Positions 1 to 8,781 of a stretch of 64,000 nucleotides of DNA are shown piece by piece. The position numbers were made by a program, and so were the translations under genes. The notes under the pieces are model-generated. The model made no database searches, was not told the origin of the DNA, and was given only the letters and a program-made list of their open reading frames with translations. Source of the stretch: a virus; IMG/VR virus record IMGVR_UViG_3300043446_001478, positions 2,604-66,603 of that record; one strand, written 5' to 3'. The first letter of the stretch is position 1; every line of letters starts with the position of its first letter.

Positions 1-1
1 T

Positions 2-271
2 CACGACCACGGCTATTCCTATAACTGTACCGTTTCGTTAGTTGCTTATATAAATGACGACTATGACGGAGGAGAACTATACTTTAGATTACAGGATTTA
101 AATATTAAACCTCAAGCAGGAGATCTTTATATATTCCCTTCAAACTTTATGTATCCACATAGGGCTATGCCAGTAATTAATGGAACAAAGTATTCAATTG
201 TTACTATGTTAGATTATAGTAAAAAATATCATACTCCAGATATGTATGATCCAAAGTGGGAAAACGAATAA
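2..271 (+). CDS. 2OG-Fe(II) dioxygenase (prolyl 4-hydroxylase-like), 5'-truncated by window edge
   Basis: Own translation of frame 2: HDHGYSYNCTVSLVAYINDDYDGGELYF...IKPQAGDLYIFPSNFMYPH...GTKYS; stop TAA 269-271 overlaps next ATG (TAATG). Not in the ORF track. Confidence 0.9.
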   Translation, partial: HDHGYSYNCTVSLVAYINDDYDGGELYFRLQDLNIKPQAGDLYIFPSNFMYPHRAMPVINGTKYSIVTMLDYSKKYHTPDMYDPKWENE

Positions 272-981
272 TGTTTAATATAACTGTTGAAAAAATGGAT
301 GGAGGAATTTTTGAATTAAATCCTATGCCTATCAAAAGAGATTGGATGGATGTTACTTCAGAAAATCATGCTTACAGATGTTTTCCAGTCACACAATCAA
401 ACGTTATTGGCTGGTATCTTTCATGTACAGAAGATATAATTTTTACATGGGACGGTATAAATGATCAAACAGATCAACATGTACAAATAACTAATCCAAA
501 TGGTTCTTATGCTGGAAGAGGGCAGTCATCAATAAGTTTAAATACATCATTAGTATTTAGAACTGACCCAGATGTAAGTATTTGGACAATTAATCCAGTT
601 AATTACTTTAATGATGACTTTGAAACAATGTCTAGTTTAATAAGTACATCATTTTATGATAACCCTCTTCCACTTGCAATTAAAGCAAAAAAGGCAAATG
701 TTGAAACAGTCATAAAGGCTGGAACTCCTATTGCTACAATTATTCCTATTTCATTGACTAATCTAAATAATACTTCTATTAATATTATTAAATATAAAGA
801 TGAGGATAGATCAAGGCATAATGCAAATATGGAATATGGTCAGGCAGCACAAGTATTAAACTCTTCTGGACAGTGGACAGATTGGTATAGAAATGCAGTA
901 AATGAAAAAAATGAATCCTTGGGTTCACATGAAGTAAAAACATTAAAGTTATCAGTAGAAGATAACACTAATAGAGGATGA
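271..981 (+). CDS. DUF6065-like protein
   Basis: KRDWMD...HAYRCFP...N.IGW..C..DI.F.WDG N-terminal pattern and KAGTPIATIIP near the C-terminus; start at ATG 271 chosen from TAATG coupling (track starts at 256). Confidence 0.7.
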   Translation: MFNITVEKMDGGIFELNPMPIKRDWMDVTSENHAYRCFPVTQSNVIGWYLSCTEDIIFTWDGINDQTDQHVQITNPNGSYAGRGQSSISLNTSLVFRTDPDVSIWTINPVNYFNDDFETMSSLISTSFYDNPLPLAIKAKKANVETVIKAGTPIATIIPISLTNLNNTSINIIKYKDEDRSRHNANMEYGQAAQVLNSSGQWTDWYRNAVNEKNESLGSHEVKTLKLSVEDNTNRG

Positions 982-990
982 TATAATAAT

Positions 991-1746
991 ATGATGATGC
1001 CAGAAGATGCTATAGAAGTAGTTAGGAAACCATCACTAACCCCTTCTGGATTTTTTGGAAGTGGTCCAGAAAATATTATAGAATTAGAAAATTTTATGAC
1101 TCAAGAAGAGTTAGAGTTTTTAGATTCTGCTGCCAGAAATTTAACTATATGGGATATTACTCAAAGCCATAAAAATGAAAATGGAACAATAATTTATGAT
1201 GCTGATTATTGGAAGGATAGAGTTTGTAGTGCTCCATCACTAAATCAAAATGATCCAAACATTGTTCCAGTTATTGTTGGTTTATTTAATAGACTACAGC
1301 CAGTTATTGAAAACTTTTTTAATGTTAAAGTTCAACCAACTGGACAAACAATTGTAAAATGGCCTCCAGGATATTACCAACTTCCACACGCAGATAAGGA
1401 ATTACACTCTGGGCCAGATGCTGGAACACCTAATGATTTTCCTAATTATGATATAGCAAGTTTGTTTTATATTAATGATGATTACGTAGGTGGAGAATTA
1501 TATTTTCCAAATCAAGGAATTCAATTTAAACCTAAAAGAGGATCTGCATATTTTTTCCCAGGAGACATGAACTACGTACATGGCGTTACTGAAGTACAGA
1601 GTGGCATGAGATATACCTGTCCCTTCTTTTGGGAAATTCTAGATCACACTGGAGATGTAAAGCCAGACTTTAGTAAAGAATACTATAGAATTTTTCCAAC
1701 TAATGAACAAACTGCAAAATGGGATCCAAAGCGAGGTATAAAGTAA
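991..1746 (+). CDS. 2OG-Fe(II) dioxygenase (P4H-like)
   Basis: HAD...YINDDYVGGELYFP...KPKRG..YFFPG...YVHGV...MRY: HxD...H facial triad and 2OG-binding Arg. Confidence 0.92.
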   Translation: MMMPEDAIEVVRKPSLTPSGFFGSGPENIIELENFMTQEELEFLDSAARNLTIWDITQSHKNENGTIIYDADYWKDRVCSAPSLNQNDPNIVPVIVGLFNRLQPVIENFFNVKVQPTGQTIVKWPPGYYQLPHADKELHSGPDAGTPNDFPNYDIASLFYINDDYVGGELYFPNQGIQFKPKRGSAYFFPGDMNYVHGVTEVQSGMRYTCPFFWEILDHTGDVKPDFSKEYYRIFPTNEQTAKWDPKRGIK

Positions 1747-2648
1747 TGGAACTAACAGTAGAAGAAATTTATCCAAGAATATTTGTATATAATAATATAT
1801 TTGAAGATCCACAAAGAATGTATGACATTATAAAACGAATTGATACACAAGATGATCAACTATTTGAATCTTGGAAAGAATGGTACACCTTCGGAATGAA
1901 GGTTGAAGATTTTGGTATATGGTTTGATAGAACTAAAAATCAAACTGTGGCCCTTGCTGATGTTGAAACAAAAAATGAAATTCAAGAAGAACAAAAATAT
2001 TTTATTACAGAATTAATTAATGGTTTTCATAAAGTCAATAATGACTATATTAAAAGATTTGATTTAGATATAGATTTAAATGCAAAATCTTATCCAATAA
2101 ATCCATTACCACAAGGTCAGGCTGATGACTTTAGAACCTTTACAGAAGAAGTACCTACCTGGCGCTGGACTGGTCCAAGTCTATGTAAATATTTTATAGA
2201 TGCTGGAAATGGTGAAGATTTAGAAATGAATTATCATTCTGACTATATAAGAGAACCTATTGTTACACCAGGATATAAATTTGCAATAACAACAACCACA
2301 TATTTTAATGACGACTATGATGGAGGAGATTTAGATTTTGTTATTGACAATAAACTAATAGGATATAAACCAAAGATGGGAGATTTTGTTGTATTTCCAT
2401 CAGGACACCCAGATATACTAACCGAAAATGGTAAAGTATATTTACACGGAGTTAAAAATTCTTATAAAACAGAAAAATATTTTACAAGACTATACTGGAC
2501 AAAGTTTGACCAAGGAGATCCAGAATGGTTTGAGAATGAAGCAAAGTACGGTAAAGAAGAGTGGGCAAAGATGCAAGGTCCAATAATGGAAGAATACAGA
2601 CAAAATGTTCAAAAAAAGGACATAGATAAATGTGTGAGGATACGATGA
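1746..2648 (+). CDS. 2OG-Fe(II) dioxygenase
   Basis: YHSD...YFNDDYDGGDLDF...KPKMGDFVVFPS...YLHGV; TAATG coupling at 1744-1748 gives the start. Confidence 0.88.
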   Translation: MELTVEEIYPRIFVYNNIFEDPQRMYDIIKRIDTQDDQLFESWKEWYTFGMKVEDFGIWFDRTKNQTVALADVETKNEIQEEQKYFITELINGFHKVNNDYIKRFDLDIDLNAKSYPINPLPQGQADDFRTFTEEVPTWRWTGPSLCKYFIDAGNGEDLEMNYHSDYIREPIVTPGYKFAITTTTYFNDDYDGGDLDFVIDNKLIGYKPKMGDFVVFPSGHPDILTENGKVYLHGVKNSYKTEKYFTRLYWTKFDQGDPEWFENEAKYGKEEWAKMQGPIMEEYRQNVQKKDIDKCVRIR

Positions 2649-3406
2649 ATCTAAATAATAAAGATAGACTAAATAAAGATATAGTTGTTTATAAAAACTT
2701 TATTGATCCAGAAACTGCTAAAAAATTAGTAAAAGTTTTAGATAGACATGCAGAAGAGGGAAAACTAACCTGGATGCCAATATCTTTTTATGAATCATAT
2801 TCATCTGTATTGCCACAAGATGATGATGAAATTGTAATAGAAGAAGGACTTCCAGCAACTATTTTTTCAGATATGAAAAAACAAATAATTAATGCAGTTG
2901 CATCAGTACATGATATTGATCCTAACATTGTTTCTCAAATTGGATACCATACTCAAAAATGGGAACCAGGAGCATATGCAAGAATTCATTCTGACAACAC
3001 AGATGAAAAGGGAAATTCGGGAGCATTTACAAGAAGTAGATATGCTGCCTTTTTATATTTAAATGATGATTTTGAGGGTGGGCTTTTACAATTCCCCTCC
3101 CACAATATAAGTATTAAGCCAGAAGTTGGAATGCTTGCAGCATTTGATGGCGGGTTTAATAATATGCATGAAGTAACTATTATAACTAGTGGAGTAAGAT
3201 ATACAATAGGTTCGTTTTGGGATGATCGTGAAGAAGATGCATATCCTCAAGAATTACGAGATGCTTGGGCAGAAGAAATGAAAAAGATTAGAGATAATCA
3301 AGAAATTGAAAGGTCCGAATGGCAAAACTTGCTTAAAGAAGGATATAAAATAGATAAAGAAGGAAATAAGTATAGAATTGAGGACGGTGTAATTCCTCAT
3401 GATTGA
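2645..3406 (+). CDS. 2OG-Fe(II) dioxygenase
   Basis: IHSD...LYLNDDFEGG.L.FP...KPEVG...NMHEV...GVRYT; ATGA overlap at 2645-2648. Confidence 0.9.
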   Translation: MNLNNKDRLNKDIVVYKNFIDPETAKKLVKVLDRHAEEGKLTWMPISFYESYSSVLPQDDDEIVIEEGLPATIFSDMKKQIINAVASVHDIDPNIVSQIGYHTQKWEPGAYARIHSDNTDEKGNSGAFTRSRYAAFLYLNDDFEGGLLQFPSHNISIKPEVGMLAAFDGGFNNMHEVTIITSGVRYTIGSFWDDREEDAYPQELRDAWAEEMKKIRDNQEIERSEWQNLLKEGYKIDKEGNKYRIEDGVIPHD

Positions 3407-4058
3407 TAATTTTAAAGAAAAATTAAAAGAAAATAACCTTGAGTTTGAAGAAATTACTGATCAACTACTTTGGATTAAAAATTTTTTAACAAAAGAAGAA
3501 TTAGATTTCATTTGGAAAATAATAAATAGTGCATCCCAAAAAGATTGGGAAGTAGAATATATGGGCAATTTAAAAAATTTTTGTTTAGAAAAATTTGGTA
3601 GAGATGATGTCGATAATCTTGTTGCTGAAGGTAAATTTGAAATTACACAAAATTGGATTGATAAAAATTTAAATATTAAGCATCATTCAGAACAACATGT
3701 TTTTTATAATAGATTATCAGATTTAATTAATCCATCTTTTCCAGGTTTAGAACTAAGTGGTCTTGCAACTATCCAAAGAATGCAAAAAGATGTAGAGTTA
3801 AAATCACATACAGATCAGCATACAGATCCATCAATACATTATGCAACAATATTATATATTAATGATGATTATGTAGACGGAGAATTATTTTTTCCAAATA
3901 AAGACTTATCATTAAGACCAAAACCAGGGGACCTATTATTTTTTCCAGGTAACGAAGAATATGAGCATGGAGTTAAACATGTCGGAGACGGACCAATAAG
4001 ATATGTAATTGTAGGCTTTGTAAAAGAAATAGGACACTACGAAAGGAATAAATATTAA
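3399..4058 (+). CDS. 2OG-Fe(II) dioxygenase
   Basis: HTD...LYINDDYVDGELFFP...RPKPGDLLFFPG...YEHGV...IRY. Confidence 0.9.
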   Translation: MIDNFKEKLKENNLEFEEITDQLLWIKNFLTKEELDFIWKIINSASQKDWEVEYMGNLKNFCLEKFGRDDVDNLVAEGKFEITQNWIDKNLNIKHHSEQHVFYNRLSDLINPSFPGLELSGLATIQRMQKDVELKSHTDQHTDPSIHYATILYINDDYVDGELFFPNKDLSLRPKPGDLLFFPGNEEYEHGVKHVGDGPIRYVIVGFVKEIGHYERNKY

Positions 4059-4059
4059 A

Positions 4060-4791
4060 ATGAATAAAGAAATACTAGATCCAAAGGTATACTACTATAC
4101 TGATGCAATAGATAATTTTGATGTTTTTATGCAAACCTTAAATGAGTTAGATAATATGGACTCAGATTCTGATACTGGAGTCAATGTTTGGCAAAAATGG
4201 ACATCGTCTAATGATCAAAATTTTATTTATGGAGAAACAAAAACTTTTGATGTTAATTCAATATCTAAATTTGATGGTATAGTTGGAGAAAAAAGTAAAT
4301 ATATTTATGATGCAGTTATGACAACTTTATATAATGTATCTAAAGACTATGCAGAAGCCATGGGTGATTTTGATGAGCCAAGATTATTTCCAACCTTTAA
4401 TATTAAAAAATACTATACTGGAATGGCTATGGGAGCACACTTTGACCAATTAGATGGAGATAAGACGTTAAGATATTCACTCGTTATGTACTTGAATGAT
4501 GACTGTGAGGGTGGAGAAATTTCTTTTCAATTAAAAGATTATGATGGAGGATGGAATAGCAAAGATGGTTGGATCCACGGTGCTCCACCAGTTAATTTAG
4601 ATTATGATGATGCTGTTGCAAATAATGCAATTGATTTTGGAATTAAGCCAAAAGCAAATAGTGTTATTATTTTTCCAGCAGAGGCTCCATATTTTCATAC
4701 TGCACATACCGTAAAGTCTGGAGTAAAGTATATGGTTCCAGGTCATTGGATCCATAATAGTATGGAACTTAATAAGCAGCAAGGTATGTAA
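4060..4791 (+). CDS. 2OG-Fe(II) dioxygenase
   Basis: HFD...MYLNDDCEGGEI.F...KPKANSVIIFP...YFHTA...GVKY. Confidence 0.9.
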   Translation: MNKEILDPKVYYYTDAIDNFDVFMQTLNELDNMDSDSDTGVNVWQKWTSSNDQNFIYGETKTFDVNSISKFDGIVGEKSKYIYDAVMTTLYNVSKDYAEAMGDFDEPRLFPTFNIKKYYTGMAMGAHFDQLDGDKTLRYSLVMYLNDDCEGGEISFQLKDYDGGWNSKDGWIHGAPPVNLDYDDAVANNAIDFGIKPKANSVIIFPAEAPYFHTAHTVKSGVKYMVPGHWIHNSMELNKQQGM

Positions 4792-5459
4792 TGAAAACAG
4801 CCATAGTCACTGGTGCTAGTAAAGGTGTTGGCTATGCAACTGTAAAACTTTTATCTGAGAATGGATATAAAGTTATTGCTGTTTCAAGAGATATAGATAA
4901 ACTCTCTACACTATTATCTGATAATATTGAGATATATAAATTAGACATAACTCAAGAAAATCAAATCAGAGACTTTTTTGAAAAATATAAAAATATTACA
5001 TTAGATTTATTAGTAAACAATGCTGGCGGTGGTGCAGGGCCAACATATATAATTAATGAAACTATGGAAAACTTCAGAACAGCATATGACATTAATGTTT
5101 CTGGACCAATGTATTTATCTCAGTTGTTTGTTCCTTGTATGAAAAAATCAGATTCTGCAACAATTATTTTTATAACTTCCTTTTGTGGAAAGGTGCCATT
5201 TAGAGGTGGCGGTAATTATAGTAATGCTAAACGAGGAGAAATGGCCCTAATAGACACAATGCGTATGGAGTTTCCAGAGTATGGAATTAAAGTTACAGAA
5301 ATTTGTCCAGGTACAATAGATACACAATTAGAGAAAAAAGAAATTTCATTAACTGCCGAAGATATGGCAGAAACTATTAGATGGGTTGGATCATTGCCAA
5401 AACATATGAATATAAATCATTTGGAGGTAAGCCATATATTTAATAATAAGTATATGTAA
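4791..5459 (+). CDS. Short-chain dehydrogenase/reductase (SDR)
   Basis: TGASKGVG Rossmann motif, LVNNAG, catalytic YSNAK (YxxxK), ICPG. Confidence 0.92.
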   Translation: MKTAIVTGASKGVGYATVKLLSENGYKVIAVSRDIDKLSTLLSDNIEIYKLDITQENQIRDFFEKYKNITLDLLVNNAGGGAGPTYIINETMENFRTAYDINVSGPMYLSQLFVPCMKKSDSATIIFITSFCGKVPFRGGGNYSNAKRGEMALIDTMRMEFPEYGIKVTEICPGTIDTQLEKKEISLTAEDMAETIRWVGSLPKHMNINHLEVSHIFNNKYM

Positions 5460-5464
5460 ATAAT

Positions 5465-6031
5465 ATGAAAATTAATAAGTTATATGATGATGTGTATGAA
5501 ATTAATGATTTTTTGACTAATGACGAAATGTCTGAGGTTTATAAAATTATTAATAATTCCCCAGAAGAAAAATGGTTTGATGAGGAAATGAAAAAGGAAC
5601 AACAAATACCAGATTTTTGGTTTGGCAAAAATTTATACTTTAAAGAAAATACAATTTTTGATTCTATAAATCAAAAAATGAAAAACTTATTTGAATCATA
5701 TTCTTATTATCCAGATAAAATGCATTTACAAAGATATAAAAAGGGAGACTTTATAAAGCATCATGCCGATCAGTGGAGAACAGATATAGACTACTATATT
5801 GGTTATGGATTTTGTCTTTATTATAATGATGAATATGCTGGAGGAGAATTAGACTATCCAGAACTAAATATTACAGTCAAACCAAAGGCCAATTCACTGT
5901 ATATTCACGGTGGACATATAGTACATGGCTCACTTCCAGTTTTAGATGATACAATAAGATACTTCTCAACTGTTTTTATACGTGGAACAAATGAGCAACC
6001 AACAAAATTAAAAGGAGATTTATTCATATGA
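5465..6031 (+). CDS. 2OG-Fe(II) dioxygenase
   Basis: HHAD...LYYNDEYAGGELDYP...KPKANS...IVHGS...IRY. Confidence 0.88.
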   Translation: MKINKLYDDVYEINDFLTNDEMSEVYKIINNSPEEKWFDEEMKKEQQIPDFWFGKNLYFKENTIFDSINQKMKNLFESYSYYPDKMHLQRYKKGDFIKHHADQWRTDIDYYIGYGFCLYYNDEYAGGELDYPELNITVKPKANSLYIHGGHIVHGSLPVLDDTIRYFSTVFIRGTNEQPTKLKGDLFI

Positions 6032-6642
6032 CAAATATTGGATTTATGAATGAAAGTTTAGGATTTCATCAAATGACAGAACAAGAACAGTTTATTATTG
6101 ATATTTTAGATAAGAAAAGAAATGGCTATTATGTAGAGTTGGGTGCAGCACATTATAGCAAGGGAAATAACACATATACATTAGAAAAAGAATATGATTG
6201 GACTGGAGTATCTTTTGAAATTGTAGAGTCAATGCGAAATGAATTTAATGAAAATAGAAAGAACCCATGCATGGGTGATGCATTAACTTTTAATTATGTA
6301 GATTATTTTGAAAAAAATAATTTTCCAAAACAAATAGATTATTTGCAGTTAGATATAGACGCTGGGTATGATATGGCAGGAAGACCTGTAGGAAACAGCC
6401 ATTGGACTTTGCAGGGGCTTATAGCAATGCCCTTAAATACTTATAGATTTACTCTTATTACATTTGAACATGATGCAAACATGTATTGGAGAAATGATAA
6501 GATTAGAGATGTACAAAGAGAAATATTAGATTCATTTGGATATGCTCTTGTTCATAGGTCATATCATGAAGACTGGTGGGTAGATCCTAAAGTAATGCAA
6601 CATGGAGATTTTAGAGAATACCTTCATTGGCAAACTTTATAA
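6028..6642 (+). CDS. FkbM-like SAM-dependent methyltransferase
   Basis: GYYVELGA...NNT..LE..YDW.G.S.E...IDYLQLDID...ITFEHD...EDWW pattern typical of the FkbM/Methyltransf_21 family. Confidence 0.7.
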   Translation: MTNIGFMNESLGFHQMTEQEQFIIDILDKKRNGYYVELGAAHYSKGNNTYTLEKEYDWTGVSFEIVESMRNEFNENRKNPCMGDALTFNYVDYFEKNNFPKQIDYLQLDIDAGYDMAGRPVGNSHWTLQGLIAMPLNTYRFTLITFEHDANMYWRNDKIRDVQREILDSFGYALVHRSYHEDWWVDPKVMQHGDFREYLHWQTL

Positions 6643-6670
6643 CTATAAACCTCAATAATAACATTAGAGT

Positions 6671-6698
6671 TTGATAAAAATAAAAACTCTGGTATACT
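6671..6698 (+). promoter_or_regulatory. sigma70/SigA-type promoter of the RNR gene
   Basis: TTGATA (6671-6676), 16 nt, TATACT (6693-6698) preceded by TG (extended -10); AAGGAG RBS before GTG 6731. Confidence 0.55.
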
Positions 6699-6730
6699 TG
6701 AATAATTACAGTTTCTTAAGGAGAATAACA

Positions 6731-8761
6731 GTGTCTGATTTTTTTAGTTTTCGTTTGTCTGAAGAGTTTATAAATGAGTATAAATCAAAGGAGCCACCAT
6801 TTGGATTTACAGATGCTGGCAATAATTCATTAGGAGAGATTACATTTATTCGTACTTACTCCCGTATGAAAGAGGATGGAACTAAAGAAAGATGGTATGA
6901 GGTTTGCCGTCGTGTAATCGAGGGTATGTATTCAGCACAAAAGAACCATGCTAAAGAAAACAGACTGCCATGGAATGATTATAAGGCTCAAGCGTCTGCT
7001 AAAGAAGCATATCAAAGAATGTTTGAATTAAAATGGACACCACCTGGAAGAGGTATGTGGGCATTTGGAACTCCACTAACTATGGAAAAGAAAAACTCTG
7101 CTGCCTTACAGAACTGCGCTATGGTTTCTACAAAGGATATAGATCGTAACGACCCAGGACAACTATTTGGTTGGGTCATGGATGCACTAATGATGGGTGT
7201 TGGTGTAGGATTTGATACTTTGGGCGGGGAGAAAAATCTTCCTATTTATAGCCCTACAGAGCCACCACAAGTATACGAAATCCCAGATACTCGTGAAGGC
7301 TGGGTAGAGTCTGTTAGATTATTAATTAATTCATTTTTAAGACCAAACATGTATATTCAGGAGTTTAACTATGACCTTATTAGGCCATTGGGAAGCCCTA
7401 TTAAAGGTTTTGGAGGCACGGCAAGCGGTCCTGCACCACTTATACAGTTGCACAAGCAGATAAGGTCTGTAATCGGCGGTAGAGCAGGAGAAACCCTTGA
7501 CTCAAGAGCAATAGTAGATATTGTTAACCTTATTGGTACTTGTGTAGTATCAGGAAATGTTAGAAGATCTGCTACATTGGCTTTAGGCGCAGCAGAAGAT
7601 AAAGACTTTATGAATTTGAAGAACGCTGAGGTTTTCCCAGAGCGTAATTCATTTGATCCAGAAAATCCAGGTTGGGCATGGATGTCTAACAACTCCATTG
7701 CTGCGACGGTAGGTACAAAATACGAAGACTACGTAGACCTAATCGTTAATAACGGTGAACCAGGATTTATCTGGCTTGATGTAGCACGTAACTATGGTCG
7801 TTTAGCAGATCCAAAGGATGGCAAAGATTATCGTGTTATGGGCTTCAATCCGTGTGCGGAGCAGCCATTGGAATCATACGAACTGTGCACCTTAGTCGAG
7901 GTACATTTAAATCGTCATGAATCTAAGGAGGACTTTCTACGGACGCTCAAGTTTGCATATTTGTATGGAAAGACTGTTACATTAATTCCAACACACTGGC
8001 AACAGACAAATGGAATTATGCAACGTAATCGTCGTATTGGAACATCACTTACAGGTATTGCATCATTCTCAGACAAGTTTGGCTTGCCTGTTGTGCGTGA
8101 ATGGATGGACGAAGGATATAAGACTATTCGTAAATATGATCATTCTTATTCTGAGTGGTTATGTGTTCGTGAATCCATTAGAGTCACAACTGTTAAGCCA
8201 TCAGGGTCTGTATCAATTCTTTCTGGCGCAACTCCAGGAGTTCACTGGGCACCAGGCGGAGATTATTTCTTGAGAGCAATTCGTTTTGGGAATACCGACC
8301 CAATGATTCATTTGTTCAAGGCTGCTGGATATAAGATGGAGGCTGACCTTGTATCTGCGAATACAACTGTCGTATATTTCCCAGTTCACTCTGGACATCC
8401 AAGATCTGAAAAAGATGTTACATTGTTTGAGAAGATTGCGCTTGCTGCTACTGCTCAGAAATACTGGTCTGATAATGGCGTTTCTGTAACGCTTTCATTT
8501 GACAAAGAAACTGAAGCAAAGCACGTAGCGCCTGCTCTACATATGTACGAGGGACAATTAAAGGCTGTTTCATTCTTGCCGATGGGAAATCATACTTATC
8601 CTCAACAACCATATACACAAATAACAGAAGAAGAATATAACAGTTATATTGGTCAAATCAAAAAGATCGATTGGTCTGCTATTTATGACGGTGCTGAGAA
8701 TTTAGAAGCACAAGGCGAAATGTATTGCACTACAGATGCTTGTGAATTAAAAATATCGTAG
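6731..8761 (+). CDS. nrdJ: Class II (adenosylcobalamin-dependent, monomeric RTPR-type) ribonucleotide reductase
   Basis: RTYSR, PPGRG, ALQNC, GNVRRSA, GFNPCAEQ.L...ELCTL, TVKPSG, DNGVSVT and C-terminal CTTDAC; GTG start at 6731 follows an AAGGAG RBS. Confidence 0.93.
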   Translation: MSDFFSFRLSEEFINEYKSKEPPFGFTDAGNNSLGEITFIRTYSRMKEDGTKERWYEVCRRVIEGMYSAQKNHAKENRLPWNDYKAQASAKEAYQRMFELKWTPPGRGMWAFGTPLTMEKKNSAALQNCAMVSTKDIDRNDPGQLFGWVMDALMMGVGVGFDTLGGEKNLPIYSPTEPPQVYEIPDTREGWVESVRLLINSFLRPNMYIQEFNYDLIRPLGSPIKGFGGTASGPAPLIQLHKQIRSVIGGRAGETLDSRAIVDIVNLIGTCVVSGNVRRSATLALGAAEDKDFMNLKNAEVFPERNSFDPENPGWAWMSNNSIAATVGTKYEDYVDLIVNNGEPGFIWLDVARNYGRLADPKDGKDYRVMGFNPCAEQPLESYELCTLVEVHLNRHESKEDFLRTLKFAYLYGKTVTLIPTHWQQTNGIMQRNRRIGTSLTGIASFSDKFGLPVVREWMDEGYKTIRKYDHSYSEWLCVRESIRVTTVKPSGSVSILSGATPGVHWAPGGDYFLRAIRFGNTDPMIHLFKAAGYKMEADLVSANTTVVYFPVHSGHPRSEKDVTLFEKIALAATAQKYWSDNGVSVTLSFDKETEAKHVAPALHMYEGQLKAVSFLPMGNHTYPQQPYTQITEEEYNSYIGQIKKIDWSAIYDGAENLEAQGEMYCTTDACELKIS

Positions 8762-8781
8762 TATGATAAAATAGACCCATA

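Noticed and set aside
979-996. Leaderless start for the 991 dioxygenase (TGATATAAT, ATG 994)
   Set aside because: Ambiguous: a GAGGA SD-like sequence at 974-978 could also serve ATG 991, so it was not counted.
2-6031. Dioxygenases as TET/JBP or AlkB DNA-modifying enzymes
   Set aside because: Motif layout (YxNDDY.GGE..F, KP..G...FP) is P4H-like rather than TET/JBP or AlkB, and no DNA methyltransferase is adjacent; DNA substrates are not excluded but are unsupported.
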